Source: Vitrella brassicaformis CCMP3155 (Eukaryota; Protista; Chromerida). Taken from it: a stretch of DNA of 64,000 nt. The notes under the pieces are model-generated. The model did not search any database and had not been told where the DNA came from. It saw nothing but the letters and a program-made list of their open reading frames with translations. A program made the position numbers and the translations under genes. Location of the stretch: the NCBI GenBank assembly GCA_001179505.1, contig CDMY01000158.1:1-64000 (forward strand). Reading direction: 5' to 3'. Shown piece by piece: positions 60,461 through 64,000 of this stretch (position 1 is its first letter; every line of letters begins with the position of its first letter).

Positions 60461-61221
60461 ATGCGCGTTTTCTGCGCGGGCATGGTTCGGTTGTTCAATG
60501 CCGTGCCCGTCTTTCTTGTACTTCCCCAAGCGACTCATTCCTTTTCGCCCACGGCGACAGATCAGGTCGTCCTCTGTCGCAGCACACCGCCGCACAGATG
60601 GCAGCAAGCGCAGGTTAGAAAGAGACCATGCCGCCCACTGCATGTCTGTGTGTGTGTGGGCATGCAGGTGAGCCAAGATAGAGGCGACAGGCTGACGGGC
60701 TGGCGTTTTATGTGGAGAGGGAGAGGGCGACCTATGAGCACATCAATGCACTGCAGAAGCAGGTCAACGACCTGCAGACGCAGCTGCAAGACAAGGAGAG
60801 ACAGCTGCGGCGGCTGGAGAGGGAGAGGCAGGCCGAGGAGACTATCGTCCACGTCAAAGGCGAGCCGCACCTCGATGCTGATTAGATGCATCGATGGATG
60901 GATGGTTGTGTGTATGACCGCGCTTGTGCAGGGTTGCTAAGCAGCATCAGATTGCCCTCAGTCAACCTGAGTTTGCGTGAGGGGATGAAAAAGGCCACGT
61001 TGGGAGTCACCAAGCTCGTGTTGGGGCTCGCCTTGCTTTATCTTCCTGTCCTAGGCGTGCTGCTTCCTTTCAAAGATTCCGACGTCCTTCCCGCGGCCGT
61101 TGTATCTGTCCTTTTCTATGTCCTGCCTCGATTCTTTCTGGGCTGGTTCTCTATCGTCGTGTGTGAGTTCTGTGTGTTTGCGCTGTGGGGGATGCTGGAA
61201 TATTTTATGGAAGGAGAATGA
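60461..61221 (+). CDS. Hypothetical coiled-coil + C-terminal multi-TM protein
   Basis: Exon YEHINALQKQVNDLQTQLQDKERQLRRLERE; last exon LVLGLALLYLPVLGVLL...FFLGWFSIVVCEFCVFALWGML. Start tentative. Confidence 0.5.
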
Positions 61222-61668
61222 ATACGAAGTGTGACGTGTTCATATTCCTTGGCGTGGCTCTCACTTATGTCCGCATGCACAGAACTGTGTCCGCGACATC
61301 TCTGGAGTTTCTTTTGGAGTTTCTTTGTTGCCGTCTTGGGGGAGGTGTTGGTGTTGTAGCTGTGGTACATGTTATGAAGATTTTGGAGGAATGAAATGAA
61401 AGATGGGCATGTAACCTCATGTGCTAGCAACTGCTCATCGGCCACTGTGTGACGCAGAGCACTCACTCAGAAGGTCAATCACGTCTGAATCAGACGAGCT
61501 GAATCAGACGCGCGCACCTTCGGAGAGACGATATGCATCAATAAATGGAGTAGAGTGCAGACGATGTCTCTAGACACACAGATAGACTCAGCAAGAACAG
61601 CATACAACGGGGTGTATGCATCCGATCATGCATTACATCAACTCCATCTCGCACCTATCTGCCTAAGT

Positions 61669-64000
61669 TCACATGGCCAACACCCCAAAGCCAAGAACCA
61701 AGACCGTCACGACAACCACCTGCACTCTATATTCGTATCCATTCCGCCCAGTCGCTTTGCCCGCCGGAGCAGTCTGCTGCCCGTCACCCCAGGTGAAGGA
61801 GAAGAAGGGCTCTGCGGGAGGGGTCTGGGTGCTCTCCTTCTCTTCTGTCTTCGGCTTCTCTTTCGCTTCCGTCTTATCACTTGTTGTGTCTTCACTCTTT
61901 GCTTTCTCTTCATGTTTATCTGTGGCTTTGGACTCGACGGGTGTCTCACCCTCAGTAGCCGCTCTCCCATTCTCCGGGCTGGCCTCTCTCTTCTTAGCAC
62001 CAGCTTCAGCACTTCCTTCCTTTTCACCAGGTGGCGTCTCTACTTTGTCGTCTTCCTGCTTGGCGGGGGGCAGGCTCATATTCTCTTTTGTTGATGCTTG
62101 TGTCTCGGCAGGCTGAGGTGCATGGCCCTCTTCCTTCTTGGCTGCTGGTTGTGGAGATGGAGGCGGGGAGGGGGCTGGGGCTACGTGTGTTGGGCCCTTA
62201 ATGACCGGTGTCACCAACCCATTACACTCTGCACACCCATACAGGCGAGTGAGATAGGCGTTGTTGTCTTCTGCCTGACCCGTTCTCCTACTTTTCTGTG
62301 TCTTCTCAGCGGCGCTCCGTGTCGTCTCGTCAAAGGGGCTCCACTGCAGCTGCTTGGACGCCTTGAACACACAGCAGGGACGAGACACCGTTGTGCCCTT
62401 GTCGCCACCAGCTTTCGTGTCAACAAACTCAAACAATGCGCCACCGGCCGAGGGATAGCGAAATGTGACAGAGGGTGGTGCTTCCTTCTTGTGTAGGTGG
62501 GCTGGGAGGTCAGCGGCAGCAATTGTCTTCTTTTCCGTCTCTCGCTGTGGTGGTACTGGCGGTGGTGTAGGCGGTGTCGACTTCTCGATAGCAATCCAGC
62601 CCTCTCCTTCTTTTCCTTTTTCAGGCACAGGTTTGGACGGCATGATGAGTGACGTCAATGGAATATCTTCGTTGTGCAGGTTATGCATGGGCATCTCCTC
62701 TGGCGGCGGATCGAGCTCACTCCCCCGCTGCAGAATGTCCACCTCTTCCTCTGAATCGCCCTCTACTTCATCATTCCGGCGGTCCCTCACCGAAGGGCCG
62801 ACGGTGCTTGTTTCCTCGATGAAGGACACCGGCTGTGGACGTGACTCAGCCGGCTTTTCGCCCAGTGTCAGCAGCTCGATGCCGGACGGATTTTCTGTAT
62901 ACATGCCAGCGTCCTGATCAGCCTCAGCATCATAGCTAGCTGTAAGCCTCGTCGACGGAGCACATCCCTTACACGGCGCCACGAGCGGCGATGTCTCTTG
63001 TGTGTAGGGGTTGCGGGAGCGAGTGGTGCCAGCGGATAGTGACAGGGCATTTGACAAGGACGACAGGATGGGCTGATCAAAGAAGCCGCCTGTGGATGAC
63101 TGGAGGAGGCTGATGGGTGGTGAATCGGCGGAGACAGCTGGCGGCACAAGGGTCACATTCTCTATGCGAATGATCTGTCGACACCAAACACACACGTATA
63201 TCCCGATCAGCTGGTGTTGCTGACCTTTAGTGTGTTGGAGAAATCATCGACCGACGGCGCTGTCGTCATCCGGCCAATGGAGACCTTGACAGCCTCGCGC
63301 ACCTTCGCCAAGAGTGTCGCCCTTCCCTCTGGCGATGCAAGCGGCAACAACACGCCCTGAGCCACAGAGCGCACACGGATGTTCGCGGCACACAGATAGG
63401 AAAACATAGAGAGACGTCCCCTTCTCCCCACTGACCTTGACGTCGCTCCGTCGCCTCGCAGCTGTGGCAAGGAAGACATCAATTATTGACACCCCGCCAC
63501 CTGCCTCCCCTCGCTGCCGCATCTGCATGACGGACAAGTCAGTGGCCGACACATCCTGGCTCCTCATCAAGTCAGCCAGTGCGGTTGCTGCGGTGGCCTC
63601 GAAGGATGCGGCAATCCACCGACACGCAGAGGACGGCAAGGGAAGGGGCGACGGCGGGGAGGAAGGAGAAGGCTTGCTCACTGAATCTTCTTGTCGAGCC
63701 GGAGCGTTCTTGCCCTGGTCTGTGGTGGCGTGTATTGGTATCCATTCACCGCCGGTCTTGGGCTGAGGCTGTGGCGGGGGCTGTGACATGTCTCTGGGAG
63801 TAAGGTCCTTGTCTGAAGGCTTCTGCTCCTCACTCGGTGTTTGTGGTGGAGGCACTTGCGTTTCCGTGTGTCTTGTACCTTCCTGGCTTTTGAGCGCCGG
63901 CGGAGCCTTGTCATTCGCCGGTAGTGGCTGCTGTGCGTCGGTGGGGGCGTGATTCGCCGGTTGATTTGGCGTCGGTGGTGCTGTGTGGGACGTGTTGAGG
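61669..64000 (-). CDS. 3' part of a large Pro/Ser/Glu-rich low-complexity protein with a C-terminal hydrophobic (tail-anchor-like) segment; starts beyond the window
   Basis: ORFs 63244-63855 and 61669-63195 joined by a short intron; ends YRVQVVVVTVLVLGFGVLAM*. Confidence 0.6.

Noticed and set aside
1-64000. Hundreds of ORF-track entries rich in [16 protein letters not shown] and MDGWMD
   Set aside because: They are translations of intronic or intergenic microsatellites or antisense shadows of real exons, not proteins.
1-64000. CRISPR arrays, rRNA, tRNA and telomeric repeats
   Set aside because: No repeat-spacer arrays, recognisable structural RNA genes or telomere tracts were found by eye; tRNAscan-SE or Infernal would be needed to exclude small RNAs.

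Overview
Eukaryotic, very intron-rich, GC-rich genomic DNA. Introns are short and filled with (CA)n/(GT)n, (AGAC)n/(CTGT)n and (GATG)n microsatellites. The style and gene content suggest a chromerid alveolate such as Vitrella brassicaformis (inference, not verified). There are four ~300-N gaps. About 20 protein genes can be read by splicing exons by eye: three BTB/POZ (KCTD-like) paralogues, four full or partial copies of a divergent CDK, a CBM20 + long coiled-coil protein, GCN5, an OFA/MCT-type MFS transporter, a secreted GH97 glycosidase, a dynamin-related protein, an EF-hand/TM protein, a HAD phosphatase, two head-to-head arylsulfotransferase (ASST)-like genes (one fused to a PAN/apple domain), a Trx + 2xGrx monothiol glutaredoxin, an alpha-carbonic anhydrase and several hypotheticals. 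The most notable points are: (i) introns with AC-type tracts followed by complementary GT-type tracts that can fold into splice-site-bridging hairpins; (ii) bacterial-type GH97 and ASST genes that have acquired introns; (iii) a BTB-CDK cassette duplicated in inverted and tandem form, with one CDK copy carrying HRD->RRD; (iv) an ~860-bp element with ~125-bp terminal inverted repeats. All gene models are manual and their boundaries are approximate.
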